A DNA stretch of 64,000 nt from Kudoa neothunni (taxonomy: Eukaryota > Animalia > Cnidaria). The stretch lies in the NCBI GenBank assembly GCA_964304625.1, contig OZ199840.1, forward strand, positions 8,519,487 to 8,583,486. The letters are read 5' to 3'. The position numbers and the translations under genes were made by a program. Under the pieces are notes generated by a model. It was not told the origin of the DNA and searched no databases. It worked only from the letters and a program-made list of their open reading frames with translations. Of this stretch, positions 26,984 through 39,438 are shown piece after piece (position 1 is the first letter of the stretch; each line of letters starts with the position of its first letter).

Positions 26984-28740
26984 TTATTTCCTTGATACAA
27001 AGAAAATAGCAGCAATTATCAGCACCAACAAGATAACACCAATAACTATTCCAACGATTGCTCCTTTTGAGATAGATCCACTGTTTGCAGTATCCTTCAT
27101 TTTTGCAGCTCTCGGAAAACGAGAATCGTATAAGGCGCGACCATATAACCATTCGTTTTCTGGTTCCTATTAGCATATGTAAAATCCTCGAGGAATTGAC
27201 TATGTTACACATACCTTTATGGTGTATTTTAGTTTTTGTTTCTCAACAATGAAGTCCAAATAATTTAGATAGTATTGTAGCTCATAGCAGTTAGAGTGCC
27301 AATTGATAAATTCAGTCTTTTAATGAATGAATGAATAAATAAATAAATAAAACACAAAGACTATCTCACATACAGGGACTGTTTCTGATGGCTGATATGA
27401 GGCACATTTTGTGTTTAGATCGTTACGAAGTTCAGCTAAGGTTTTAACATTCGTTCTAATTTCAGCTACTGTTATTGGGAAATAAATCTAAAATATCTCA
27501 TTCATTGTGACATTACAATAAAAATCCCACAATAATATTAAGCTCAGATGTGAAAGCGTTCAGAGCGACAGGTTCGGTAACATTACATAAACTCTTGACT
27601 AGTTCTTTGTCTCTGTTAATATATGTTTCTATTTGGGATATGCAAGTTTCCTCAACAAACGTTGCTCCTTTGGTAAACGGATATAGTTTTATATGTTTGG
27701 ATGAGATAGACGAACACTCTTCTTCTTTTGATAGGGCCCAATAATTTATTACGATTCCTGCAGTATTACTAGTGCATTCGGCCGTTGTTGTTGGACTCTG
27801 AGGTATTTGAGCGCCCTATACGTACGGATTAATTATTCTCTTCCCCCTATTAATTACCTCTCCATCTATCTTAATTGTGGGTATTGTTGATAGCATCTCA
27901 GGCATAATGCTACCACCAGCCAAGAATATATTTGTAGTTTCATTCCATATCATCTCCATTTTTTTAACTCCTTCAGTTATATTAGCCGATTCGGTGGTTG
28001 TATGGGCAAAAAATAAAGTGTTTTCGTCCAATGATATAAATCCATCTGATTTGTTACTCAAATCCTGTCAAGGCAATCATTTTTTTCACACTAATAAAGG
28101 TTGCTTAAAAAAATACTGGATTTGATTTAATGGAAACATAAGTATATGCGGCTTCATCGGCAATATCTAGCAAGGTAAAGAATTCCTGGTCGGGAATGTT
28201 GGAACGTTCCTTAAATTCTTTGTTTATCTTTGTCACATTTGAAGTGAAACTCGTTCCAAACTTTTCCCTTGGTTATATTATTAATTTATTATGTACAGAT
28301 TATATTACTTTAATGTTCTCCAGTAACCTCTGCCAATATATTCAAAGTGAATATATTTTGGTTCAACTTCCTTGAGAATTTCAATAAGCAGCACACGCTT
28401 AATACATGCTGTGATATCGGTTTTGATGGAATCGAATTTAAAAAATGTGCTTAAACTATATTCTAAAACAACAATAATGCATTTTTTCACAAAACAACAA
28501 TTGAGTAACCTTTCTCCGCACAACTATTATATGCCAAAAATTCTACTCTGGGAGATTTTTGCGAAAGGTTAAATGTGTATATGTAGGCTATCAAACCACT
28601 TGCTTCTTGATTTATTAATACTCCGTACTAGTATCAAGAAATCAAGTTTTTTTGTAAATAGAAACCTATACTCTGGCATCGGATTCGGTTTTGACGCTAA
28701 CCACAAAGTAAGCCAACAAAAGGGTTACCAGTATTCTCAT
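26984..28740 (-). CDS. CD39/GDA1-like type I membrane protein, copy 5 (most divergent); 9 exons
   Basis: Exon 1 MRILVTLLLAYFVVSVKTESDAR; then YGVLINQEASGLIAYIYTF, FEYIGRGYWR, DIADEAAY, DGFISLDENTLFF, EWLYGRA and TM AIVGIVIGVILLVLIIAAIFFV followed only by SRK-stop. Confidence 0.85.
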
Positions 28741-28763
28741 TTGTGTAGTGTTAGTAGAGCAGA

Positions 28764-28777
28764 TTTTCTATTCGGTA
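28764..28777 (-). promoter_or_regulatory. Family-specific upstream motif TACCGAATAGAAAA, copy 5
   Basis: Starts 37 nt 5' of the ATG at 28740. Confidence 0.5.
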
Positions 28778-31302
28778 TATAAGATCCTCGTATGATTAAC
28801 AAAATTCTCTTAGGTTTTATAAATTGACGCAATGAGTATACATACCGTTCTCGCCCAAAATTGAAAATAGACAATTATAATTGTGAAAAATAGATAAAAC
28901 TATCTGAATAATTTGTATTATGAATGACTTTATGTCCCAAGAATTTATTCATTAGTTTTATCCTTTAAACTAATAATCATGTGTTTGTTTCACCCTATCT
29001 TTCGTTGACAATGCAATTTTAAAATAACCAGAAAATAATTAATAAATTTATATGTATTAGCTTTTTATGTCTTTTCAGAATATAAAATTGATATTATTAT
29101 GCCCGCCCAAAAATAACTTCAACAGTACCATTAATGTAGTTCGTGATAATCCTAATGGCATAGTTGAATTATATTTTACCTGTCTTTATAATGAAATTCC
29201 AAAACTACTTTTTTATTATACTTAATAATCCATACGTCTCCTTTAATTTCTATTTGGATGTTTATCAGTAATGAAATATTTTATTATTCCTTTTGACTAA
29301 AAAATTTTAATATATTAACAGCCCCCTTAGGAAAAGGCGAGAAATACTCATTGGAAAAATTAATTTTATAAACTTATAATATTAATAGAATAAATGTAAT
29401 TTTCCATATCACATTGGAGCTCGTGATATATATTTCAAAATTTTAAAGTTCTAATGCAATCTTAATACGTCTTCTACCGTAAATTAATAGTATTCATATA
29501 AATTGAATGAAACTATTTTATTAAAAATTAACCAATACTTAAAAAATAATTTTAGCTACTCACTTAACAATCAATTCAATCTAAGGCCAAATTATTCTTA
29601 TTTACTGGCGCAATTGCCCAGCTTTGCCTGGCATTGAGTGATGGAAAACTTTAACTTTTAATTTTGCTATTGAATGCAGAAATTTCACGAAGAGTTAATT
29701 TAATTGATGAGTTAAACCCTGGAATTTTTTTTCTATTTTAATTGATGCATTTTAAAGCTTTTTATTATTTATGTAATTGGATGATTTAGAAAAATAAAAT
29801 TATGCGTGCATTTTTCAGTAAAATATAATGACCTGAATTTTATGAGAAATGTACTTAACGATAAAAAAAATAAAATCGATCTAGGATGAGTCAGAAACAA
29901 AAATATTTTTACTCCTTTTTTGCAATTTTATAAAGGAGGTTAATGAGATTTTAATAAGCTGTAAGTGGTAACTTACGTATTCATTATTTTAATATAATTT
30001 CCAGATTTTTAAGTAAATACTATCTTTTTTAACAATAATACTTCCTGGTTCAAAAATATACAAATTTTATTATTAAAATATAATTAAAACTAAAGTGTAA
30101 AGGTGTTTTTGGTTTGAAAAATTACAGCAATGCTTACATATCAACTAATTTTCTCGAAGGAATGCACCCTTTTAAAAAAAACGTACTGTTTGATTGCCCT
30201 AAAAAATTTCTTTGTATTGAACTATTTTTAAATTAACGAAAACTCTGTGAAAATATTGGTTAGATCGAATAGATCAATAATTTCTTATTAACTTACATGG
30301 GACGTATTGAGAGGAGACTGTGTTTTGTGCAAAAATTATTAAGAATATATATTCTTAAACTACGTATAGAAATAGAATGCGGTGTCTCATATTTTCATGC
30401 AAGTTTTTATCATAATGAATTATTTTTAGCAAAAAGAAAATTATATAATGATATGAATATTAACCTCAAGGTCTGGGTGTAAGGAATAATTAGGTTACTA
30501 AGAACTTAAACATTATTTAAAAAATTGTCTCATCAAATATAGAAACTTATCGAATTAGTTATGCCAGCTGTTTTGCAAGAAAGTTTAGGAAAACCAAAAA
30601 ATGAGTAAAAACTTATCAAAAAGACGAATATAGTATTAATCTCAATCGATCTATTTGATAAAAAGAAATTTTTATTTAAGAAGTTATCACAAAAATTTAA
30701 TTAATTGAAAACTCTACATACATCACGCATCTTACATTGTTTTTAGAATGCTTATAGAACTATCAAATTATTCCAACTTGGCGACCACTTAAATCTCGAA
30801 TTATGTGTCTTATTCAAAATGATTATAATCTTTTTTGCTTAAAATGTATCTTCAGTGTTTGAAAAATGAAAATATATCCTAAATAATCTGGTTATGCTTC
30901 AAATAAAAGGGGGACTGCAACAACTCTTGTAAATATGACGTTAATAATTTTATTAGTCTTAAAATTACTCCAAAAGGCATACTTAATATTTTTAAATTAT
31001 TCTATACCATAAAAAGCAGATTCTATTTGTGTATAGTAAGTAAAAGTTCATTCTAATTGATTATCACTCTGAAATGAACAAACATCAATATTATTCGGGT
31101 ATTTTTTAATCTGATATTTGAATATACAACCAGAAAATTCCATACTTCTGATAACGATATTGATTATATTTATACTTCTAAGTAAGTGAACGATTTTTAT
31201 TAATGGTATCATCTGCTCAAATACAAATCAAAAGTTGTATTTAAAAAAATTTTCTCCATGTCACATGCTTACTGCTTCAAACACAAACAGACACTACTAC
31301 TT

Positions 31303-31328
31303 TATATATATATATATATATATATATA
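31303..31328. repeat. (TA)n microsatellite
   Basis: Read directly; similar (TA)n runs near 53333-53355 and 56432-56450, and (ATT)n near 38378-38400. Confidence 0.9.
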
Positions 31329-32718
31329 ATACAATAGATAAACCAATTAATAGATACAAGTGTTGATTTTGAGGCGTCACAAGGAAGTCATTAGCTTAAC
31401 TGATAAAAAATTATTGAGAATTTTCAATTGTTTTCGCTCCCACCAGTTCAATCCACTTTTTCACATGTAGATCAATTATGCATATTATCTCCCCATGAGA
31501 ATTTATATTAATTTTGAACCGAACAATCGTTATAATGTTAAAACAACTAGTCTCTATGATTATAATAATATTCAAGGCAGATCTTGCTTTTACATCCAAG
31601 ATTTTAATTGTTTCAACTTTAGAGTTTATTTTTTAGGCTAGATATTTTTAATATTTTGTAAATTCAACTTTTGGGGTAGAGTTATAAGTTTATATCCATC
31701 AGTTGATGTATAAGCCATAATTTTCGTAGTTACAAAAATAAATCATTACGCGCGGATGATAATAACGAACGACACGTAAAATACATAAAAATTATTAATA
31801 ATGCAATTTATCTAAAGTCCAATTGAAGTACTATGCTATTATTGTTTGAAAGCTAGAAGATTATATGTTGAATTTTCTTGATATTAACTTTTATATTTTT
31901 AATGCGGTATTGAGTACAGCCCATAAATTATTGTTGAATTTACGAACATAAATAAGTATTAATGTAAATAAATTTTTATTATAAATATTATTTAATTATT
32001 ATTAAATACGAATTCACACTTTTGTAATAAGTAATGTATTGATGAATAACTTTGCAACAAAATTTGATAATAAATATTCTGTAAAGCCAAAATATTCGCT
32101 TGGAAAAATACATAAACTAAAAAAATAATAGATAAATAATAATAGTTATTTTAACTGTCTCAAATATACTCTTAGTAGAGAAAGTCAAGGTATTTAGTTT
32201 CTACATATTAGAAAAATTACTTTAACTTTGCTTAAATTTAGGCTCTTGTCAATAATTAAAATAAAACCTTGTCATTAATTGATAACAATTTCTAGGCTAA
32301 TAATCTTAAAAATGTTTGAATTTTCGATGATTATTTTCGTTCGATATCATTGCGACTATGTGCGACTACATTCGAATATATTATTAACCAAAATTTCGAA
32401 ATTATTATCTTAAGCTATTTATTGATTCACGCTATTACATGATTTTATAAAAATCATCCGTGAAAAATTATTAACGTAGAACATAAAAATCATAATTTTC
32501 AGATACCTCAAACCTTCCACTTCACCATGACCAAACCTCATTATATTCATTTGAGTCTGAACTAATTATTTTTAATATTAAACTATATAAATTTATTGAA
32601 TATTTTTCTGATTATTTTGAGTATTGAGCAAAACCAATGTTAAATAATAAACATCAAGAATGTCGCGCGCACACAAAAATATCAAAAATTAAATAGCGAA
32701 ATATGTGTTGGTTATGAC

Positions 32719-33223
32719 TAGAGGCTGTAATTTTCGACGCCTACTTTTAAAAATTTCGACGTTTTTAAATCTGCGCAGGCACGGTATAAAACTATTATCA
32801 CGCTTAACGTCAATGTCAATAAAATAATCATAAATATAATTTTTTTATATAAATATAATATTTGAAGTATTATCATTGGTTCAAACACTTGACTTACTTT
32901 ATAACGTTTGAGAAACTTATTTCCACGATTGTAGGTGATAGGGGGGGGGCATGCACCAAATCTTGGCGCAACCTAGACACTAAAGAATACTTTGATTTAT
33001 TTATTCTCCAAAATCCACGCCATGCCATGCCATGACTTATCATCATTTTATCATTTGTATGGGGTGACAGTCTCAACAACTCTTGCCGTGGAATTTCTCG
33101 TTGATCGACGTTAACAAATTTTGGGGTTAATTTCCTCATTTAAATCTGTTTATTCGGCCATGTATAATTGTCAATTCGTCTTCTTTTTCTGTCCGTAATA
33201 AAGTGGAAAAATTACAGCCTCTA
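32719..33223 (-). mobile_element. 505-bp hAT deletion derivative retaining a degenerate C-terminal dimerization domain
   Basis: TIR TAGAGGCTGTAATTTT at both ends; perfect 8-bp TSD GTTATGAC (32711-18 and 33224-31). Internal ORF 32894-33139 contains FWRINKSKYSLVSRLRQDLVHAPPLSPTIVEISFS. Confidence 0.9.
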
Positions 33224-33843
33224 GTTATGACGTTGACCTTCAAAGTTTACATTATAAATGTCATTTAAACGTGATTATCCCACATTTTTCATAAAAAAAA
33301 CTCTTTACGCACACAATTAAACATTTTATTAACAGGTTAGCAATTTCACATTTACTCACCAAACATTCTAGACATATCCATTAAATATTTTCTAATTATC
33401 TTTAGTTTCATGAATAATTCAAACGCATGCACTTAATCATTCCACTGTGTTCAATCAGTAACTCAAACGTTGTTATTAAGTATATCACATCGCGTAAACT
33501 TCGCCAACTTCAATAATGTTCACATTAAGTATTAACCATTATCATTAAATAGCAAAAGAAACTAACTTTGCAAATCTGTCCACACCGCTTTTTTAATAAA
33601 TATTCACATCTGAGGGATTAATGGGTTTTGGGGGTAGAGATTTTAATCCTGTTACTAGACTAGTGTGTTTAATTATTAGTACGCTTATTAGTCGAAGTGA
33701 TCGAGAAGATTTATTAGATTTAACGATAACCGATATTTCGTAATACAGAATATTTAAAAATTTGTAAATAATGCGTAATTTAGCCGGACAGGTCTTGAAT
33801 GAGCAACTTAACGTGTATAAAACGAGTAACATAAAATCACACC

Positions 33844-33859
33844 TGACGCGCGCACGCAG
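33844..33859 (+). promoter_or_regulatory. CG-alternating (NRF1-like) motif TGACGCGCGCACGCAG just upstream of NUP50
   Basis: Ends 14 nt before the ATG at 33874; a near-identical TGACGCGCACGCAG precedes MED6. Confidence 0.55.
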
Positions 33860-33873
33860 CTTAATCGATAATT

Positions 33874-35956
33874 ATGGGAGCAATCCGCAAGAGATCGCTG
33901 CCCAACTTTCAACAAAATGATAACAATAGCAATAGCAATAATAATCCAACAAAAGTACTCAAAATAAATAACCGATCACACCAATAAATCTACTTATAGA
34001 TAGCAGCCCCACAATTATCACTGAATGACGTTCCGATTGGGAAATTGTCCAAATTTACTACAACCGCTCGATATAATCAAGTTTATACATTCCATTGTTT
34101 GAGTTCAGTGACATTGTTGCTAGGAGAAATCAGGTGAACCATCGAAAAGTCTTATTTTTAGTAAATTTGGAGAATTATCCAATGAAAATGTTGTTGGAAT
34201 ATTGCCGAGCAAAAATGAAGCAGATAGATCGGTTAGGTTGAGTGATTTTGTTGACAGAAAATCACAACCTAAATTTTCTGACACGAAAGCAAAAATATCT
34301 TTCGAAATTTCGCGCGATTTTCTTCATTTAAATGTGAATTTTAAGAGATTCGTCGACACCCATTGTCAAAATAACCAAGTTTATGATTTGACTCCTTCGT
34401 TGGAGGATTATATAAGATATGCGAAACAGATTAGAGATAAATACAGCTCGAATAGTGATTCGACCTCTTCTGTTGAATCCAGTGTAAATACTGGTGGGCA
34501 GCCACAAGAATTAATACCTCCCACCAATCTGTTTCCTTTCCAGTCGTTGCGAGGTTATGATGAAGTGGATGGTAAACTGGCCAATTCACCAACACCGTTA
34601 ATAACAACGAGTGGTTTTCCCAGTTCCAATCATATCGTCTCATGTGACAATGAGACTATTCTTTATAATAATCCATTACTGAATAAAAATGTGGATACAA
34701 TAATCGGTGGTTCACTTTCTGGTTTAGAAGCGAAGAAAACCAATTTTACACATAAGCCTGTGTTTGACAACACCGACTCTCACTTCAAAATCAATTCTCT
34801 CCTCGACAGTAATCCATCCAACCTAACCACTACAAGAAATAGTGGGTTGCCTAGCAGCACTACTAACTTAACCAGCGATATTTCATCTACTACCACCCCA
34901 GCTATTATGTTGACTAACGATAACGATAAGGGTTTGAGTTTTTTGGGATCCAAAGTAAACGAGCCAACGAGGCTTGGTATTTTTCCTCCCACGAAACCCC
35001 TCTCCTCTAAAATATTAAGCACTTTACCTCCCACTGAAACTACAAAAATTCAGTTGGGCGGCGAGTCTACCCCCAGCCAAACTTTCACCACATTCAATGC
35101 CGCTCCTAGTGATACCGGCTTATTTAGGAACACGTCGTCTGCTACTGCTTTATTCTCTCCAACAATAGACTTAACGAAAAATACAGGAACTAATAATGCA
35201 ATCATTAACTCTAACGGTGACACCAACATTTTTGGTTCCAATCCTAAACCCTTCGGAACCAATTCAACATTTGCTTTCGGTTCCACCAATCTGGTAACCA
35301 ATTTAAATAGTGGCGGTAGTAATGTATTCAACAATCCTGTTAGCTCACTAGGTAGTTATTGTGGTCTTCCATTGTTCGATTGTTTAATTGATAATGTGTT
35401 GTAGGTGGTGGTTCTGGATTCGAGCTGAAAAACACTCCCACTACAGCATCAACAGCCTCCAAAGATACAGATCCAGAGTTAACTGAACCTACCGAACAAG
35501 AACTACAAGAACAAGCCCAACAACAATTGTAAAATTATCATGTTATTCTATTTGATTATATTCATTTGTAGAGCTATGGCTATCGAATCGGATGCATTCT
35601 ATCATCAAATGTGTCGGCTGTATTACAAAGGTGAAAAAAATTGGGAATTGATTGGTCGTGGTGTGATAAATCTGCTGGAATCATCGACCAATGTCGCAGG
35701 ACAACCAAAACAATTGAGACTTATTGTACGACAATCGCCATCATCTGATGCCAAGCTTCTGTTGAATATTAAACTCAATAAAGCATTGGATAGCACAAAT
35801 GTTATTGAGCCATCTGGAATTTGTTTCATGTCTGTTGCTAATCCCGTCATTATGCCCGTGGATGCTGATACTCTATTGTTGTATTTAGTAAAATTCAAAA
35901 ATAAATCGGTTCTTGTGGAATTCCAAGAGAAGTACAACGAAAAAATGGCCACCTAA
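33874..35956 (+). CDS. NUP50: Nucleoporin Nup50 (5 exons)
   Basis: N-terminal RKR; conserved LNVNFKRFVDTH..YDLTPSLEDYIRY segment; S/T/N-rich region with FG motifs; C-terminal RanBD1-like domain ESDAFYHQMCRLYY..GRGVINL..LRLIVRQ..LLLNI. Four short GT-AG introns keep the frame. Confidence 0.85.
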
Positions 35957-38730
35957 CACACAGCACACACTAACATTCCACATTATTTTCTCAAATAGTT
36001 TATTAGATTTGTCAGGTTTTGTGGGTGATTGTATTCTTGTTATTATATATCTGTTTGTTCTTTTATTTCGACTATTTGTTATCCAATTTTTGTACTTTGA
36101 ATGATGCGTGCCTTCTTTTCCACGCATTTGTTATTCGGTTATTGAATCGGAAATATTTTCCATACCTACATTACCTATGTTAATTAATGGCGGTAAATTT
36201 GGAGGAATAATAATAGTTTCCCTCCACAACAAAGAAAGGCTATCGTGTTACAGTATTTTTTCATATTTATCGATAGTATTCCTGTTGTTGATTGAACTTT
36301 TTCAACTTTTTAAAAATAAAAATCATTAATCAATAAAAAATAGCCACCTAAAAAATGAATAAGTTATTCCCATCATTTTTTATTGGGCTATTTTCTATAT
36401 TATTTTAATTATTTGAGTTAAATTTCACAAAATATTCCAAAATTAAAATAAAGGTTCTTATCGTTTAGTATTTATAAAGTAGTTTTTGTTTTTAATAAAA
36501 AACATTAATATACAAGTGAATGTGGGCATAATCGGTCAACTTTTTTAAGATTAAAACCACATAATATTAGGATTACAATATAGAACAGGGAATGTATACT
36601 TGCCCAGATTTTCAAGAGCTACAACATATTTAAATCATTCATGCACCTCTTCCTTACTTAAACTTACATTTTTGGAAAATTTTCGGTGAATATCAAGATA
36701 AGATGTTGTACAATTATAAATAAAGGTTATTTGATTTTTTTCTTATTCAGTGAAGCGCTAGAAAACCTCATATAATTTTTACAAGTATTATTCATGATTG
36801 GTTTCCAAAAAAGTAAATTAGTTGTTTATAATAAAAGAAACTTTTTCTCATGGAAAATGCTCGAAAAAATAATAAAATATTTTTCATATTTAACCCTTCA
36901 AGAACACAAAATTTTACATACACCTACACCAACTCATTTTGGAGTATAAATACACCCCTTTATTTTTGATAAAATTAAAAAAATACAAAAATTATTAATT
37001 TGAGAAAATCTTAGATAATTTTATCGAATAAATTTCGTGTAATTAAACACAAATTGTATACAAATTATTCGCGCATGTGCGAAAAGTATGACGTCTCTAT
37101 TTTGACACATATTTTGAATATTTATTAAATTTACCCACTTATGTTTTCATCAAACTACGCTTAAGTTACAGATAAATAATCACAGCGCCTATATACAAAA
37201 ACACATACAAAATACTGTTTAACGACTAGAAAATAGAATGTTAATGATTCAAACATATCGTACAATAATTTTAATTCTACTTGTCACCATTAGTAAAAAA
37301 GAAAAAGTTTAAATTAATATTAGAGACAGTCTTTCATTGGGTTGATTTTAAAGCTATATAAATTTTTTAATAGTTTAAGAAATTTCTAAGTTAAAAACAT
37401 CCTCGGTTTTCTGTTTAGGGTAAAACTGAGAATTTTGCGATAGATTTATGCGCTTTTGAATAGAAATTAAATAATTTTATTTTTAATTAAACGTATTCAT
37501 TAAGGAGTATAAAATACGAAAAATAGATTAATTATCATATCTCACGATAATGATGCATTTTATTATTATTATTTTTAATATTCCTGGCCATATGAGTTAA
37601 ATAGTAGAAAAGATACTCAAAAGTGCCTTTTGTTATACACTGGAACCATCACTGCGCTGACTCTGACTTCACCGTTGTTCGTGATAATTTCAACAAAGTT
37701 TATTGTATTCACTGACATTAAATATACGACTACATTTAAAACTGAATGAACCAGTGCTATCTACTCACCAACAAGAAGTATCGTTAGATTAACATAATTA
37801 ACAATCTTTATATTTTTTTAAATAAGACCTATTCTTACATTGATTTATTCATGGCAAGTCGTTGTAAATTGTTACGAAATTATATTTGTATTTTTGAAAA
37901 AATCTCAGTTTATCAAAAACATTTTGGCACCATGTTAAAAACTTAATTTTTAAGTAGTTCCAACTTAAAGCAGATTGAAACAACACACTGGGACATAATT
38001 CAAAGGAAACGGGATATATAAATAAAGCCAGATAATAAAAATCATTGGGAGTTGATTAAACGTCATAATATAAAGAGCTAATTTAGAGTTTAATTTGATT
38101 TTTTGTGGCGAAGGAAATTAAACTCAAGGATTGTTGTTAAGCATCACGATAACCGGATATTTTTAATTAAACACTTTTAGTCACATAAGAAATTAAATTA
38201 CAAGGGCGTAAATAGAATATAAATAATAATTCTAATTGAATAGCTTTTTTTATTTTTGAGGCCTTTTTTAATTTTGAATATTATAGTTACATTTAATGGT
38301 GAAAAGTAATCATGTATTCATAATTCACCCCTAACCTACGCGAGCCGTTAAAATATTTGGAATAATCAGACGAATATTTATTATTATTATTATTATTATT
38401 AATTGATCAGTCAACAAAGTAATTATGCAAATTTAATTTAATTAAATGTGCAATTTTTCCGATAATGAACATTTGGGCCCCTAATTATTTCTTGAACCAA
38501 AATGGAGGGCAAAATAATTCCCATCTTGATGTATGGAAATTATTTACCTCTTCTCAAACCTAGGAGATTGGTTGAAGTTTTCTCAAAAGTAGATAATTTA
38601 AAATTTAATAACACTCTAAAATGTAACCTAACTCCAGGGAGCTAGACAACAGAAAATATGTGTGATGAATAAACCGATAAATAGAAACAATTTCAATCGC
38701 ACATATATTAACAGATATTCTAAAAATTAA

Positions 38731-39417
38731 TTAATTTTGTTGAAAATTATCACTCCTTTTCATTATAAATTCTGCGAGTGAGTTATCCAAAGTGACAGCC
38801 AATTTGTTCATATTTCTTGTGTTGGTCTCGTCAAACATATTCACATCATTTGAATCCCATTGAAATCCTTCTCCACCAAGTGTGTAGGAAATATTTTGAG
38901 ACGCTAACCCACACATTAAACACTGCTATTAGCGCTACTCACCTCTATCCAATGTGTTCAAAAAACCACTCGAAATAGATGAGATCCGAGAATTCAACCA
39001 ACTACCCACATCGGGGCATTGATACACCATACCTTTGGTGACATAGAACAAGCAAAGTGACTTGGCTAAAACAGAGTGATGATGTTTTATTCTGTGTTCC
39101 ACCAACAAATTAGGGTACTTTCATCAGGAGAAAATCGGCATTGCTTACGAATCACAAACATATTAGGATCAAAATACCATGCCAACACATATTCCACTCC
39201 GGTCAACTCACTTAAACAATTTTAGAAAATTCTTAAAGTTCAACGCCAACCTCAACATTCTTATATCAAGTCGCTGCATGCGTATAGTTTCATTATTGCA
39301 TGTGTTTTCGTAGAATGGATTTGAAGGTTGGCAGAAATAGTCCAACGCCGTGTTTTCGTTGAGAAAACCGAACCAACTTTCGTTACACCAAGAAATAGAG
39401 TAGTTATCTGCAGGCAT
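38731..39417 (-). CDS. MED6: Mediator subunit 6 (at least 4 exons; 3' end uncertain)
   Basis: ISWCNESW..LNENTALDYF..SNPFYENTCNNETIRMQRL / LTGVEYVL..MFVIRKQCRFSP / FYVTKGMVYQCPDVGSWLNSRI / EGFQW match MED6 motifs. Confidence 0.92.
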
Positions 39418-39424
39418 ATGTATT

Positions 39425-39438
39425 CTGCGTGCGCGTCA
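39425..39438 (-). promoter_or_regulatory. CG-alternating motif TGACGCGCACGCAG upstream of MED6
   Basis: Ends 7 nt before the ATG at 39417; same motif as at NUP50. Confidence 0.55.

Noticed and set aside
9341-28782. Plus-strand ORFs overlapping the array genes (9341-9556, 21408-21674, 26922-27173, 27550-27744, 27877-28125, 28372-28782)
   Set aside because: They are antisense shadows of the minus-strand exons with no independent motifs.
30100-30900. Possible decayed transposase and ORF 30297-30482
   Set aside because: Only vague motif resemblance with many stops.
34431-35952. Minus-strand ORFs within NUP50
   Set aside because: They are antisense to a well-supported coding frame.
36890-36960. 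TTAACCCTTC piggyBac-like left end
   Set aside because: No partner end or transposase remnant was identified.
38505-38550. Imperfect hairpin downstream of MED6
   Set aside because: Short, AT-rich and mismatched, so within chance expectation.
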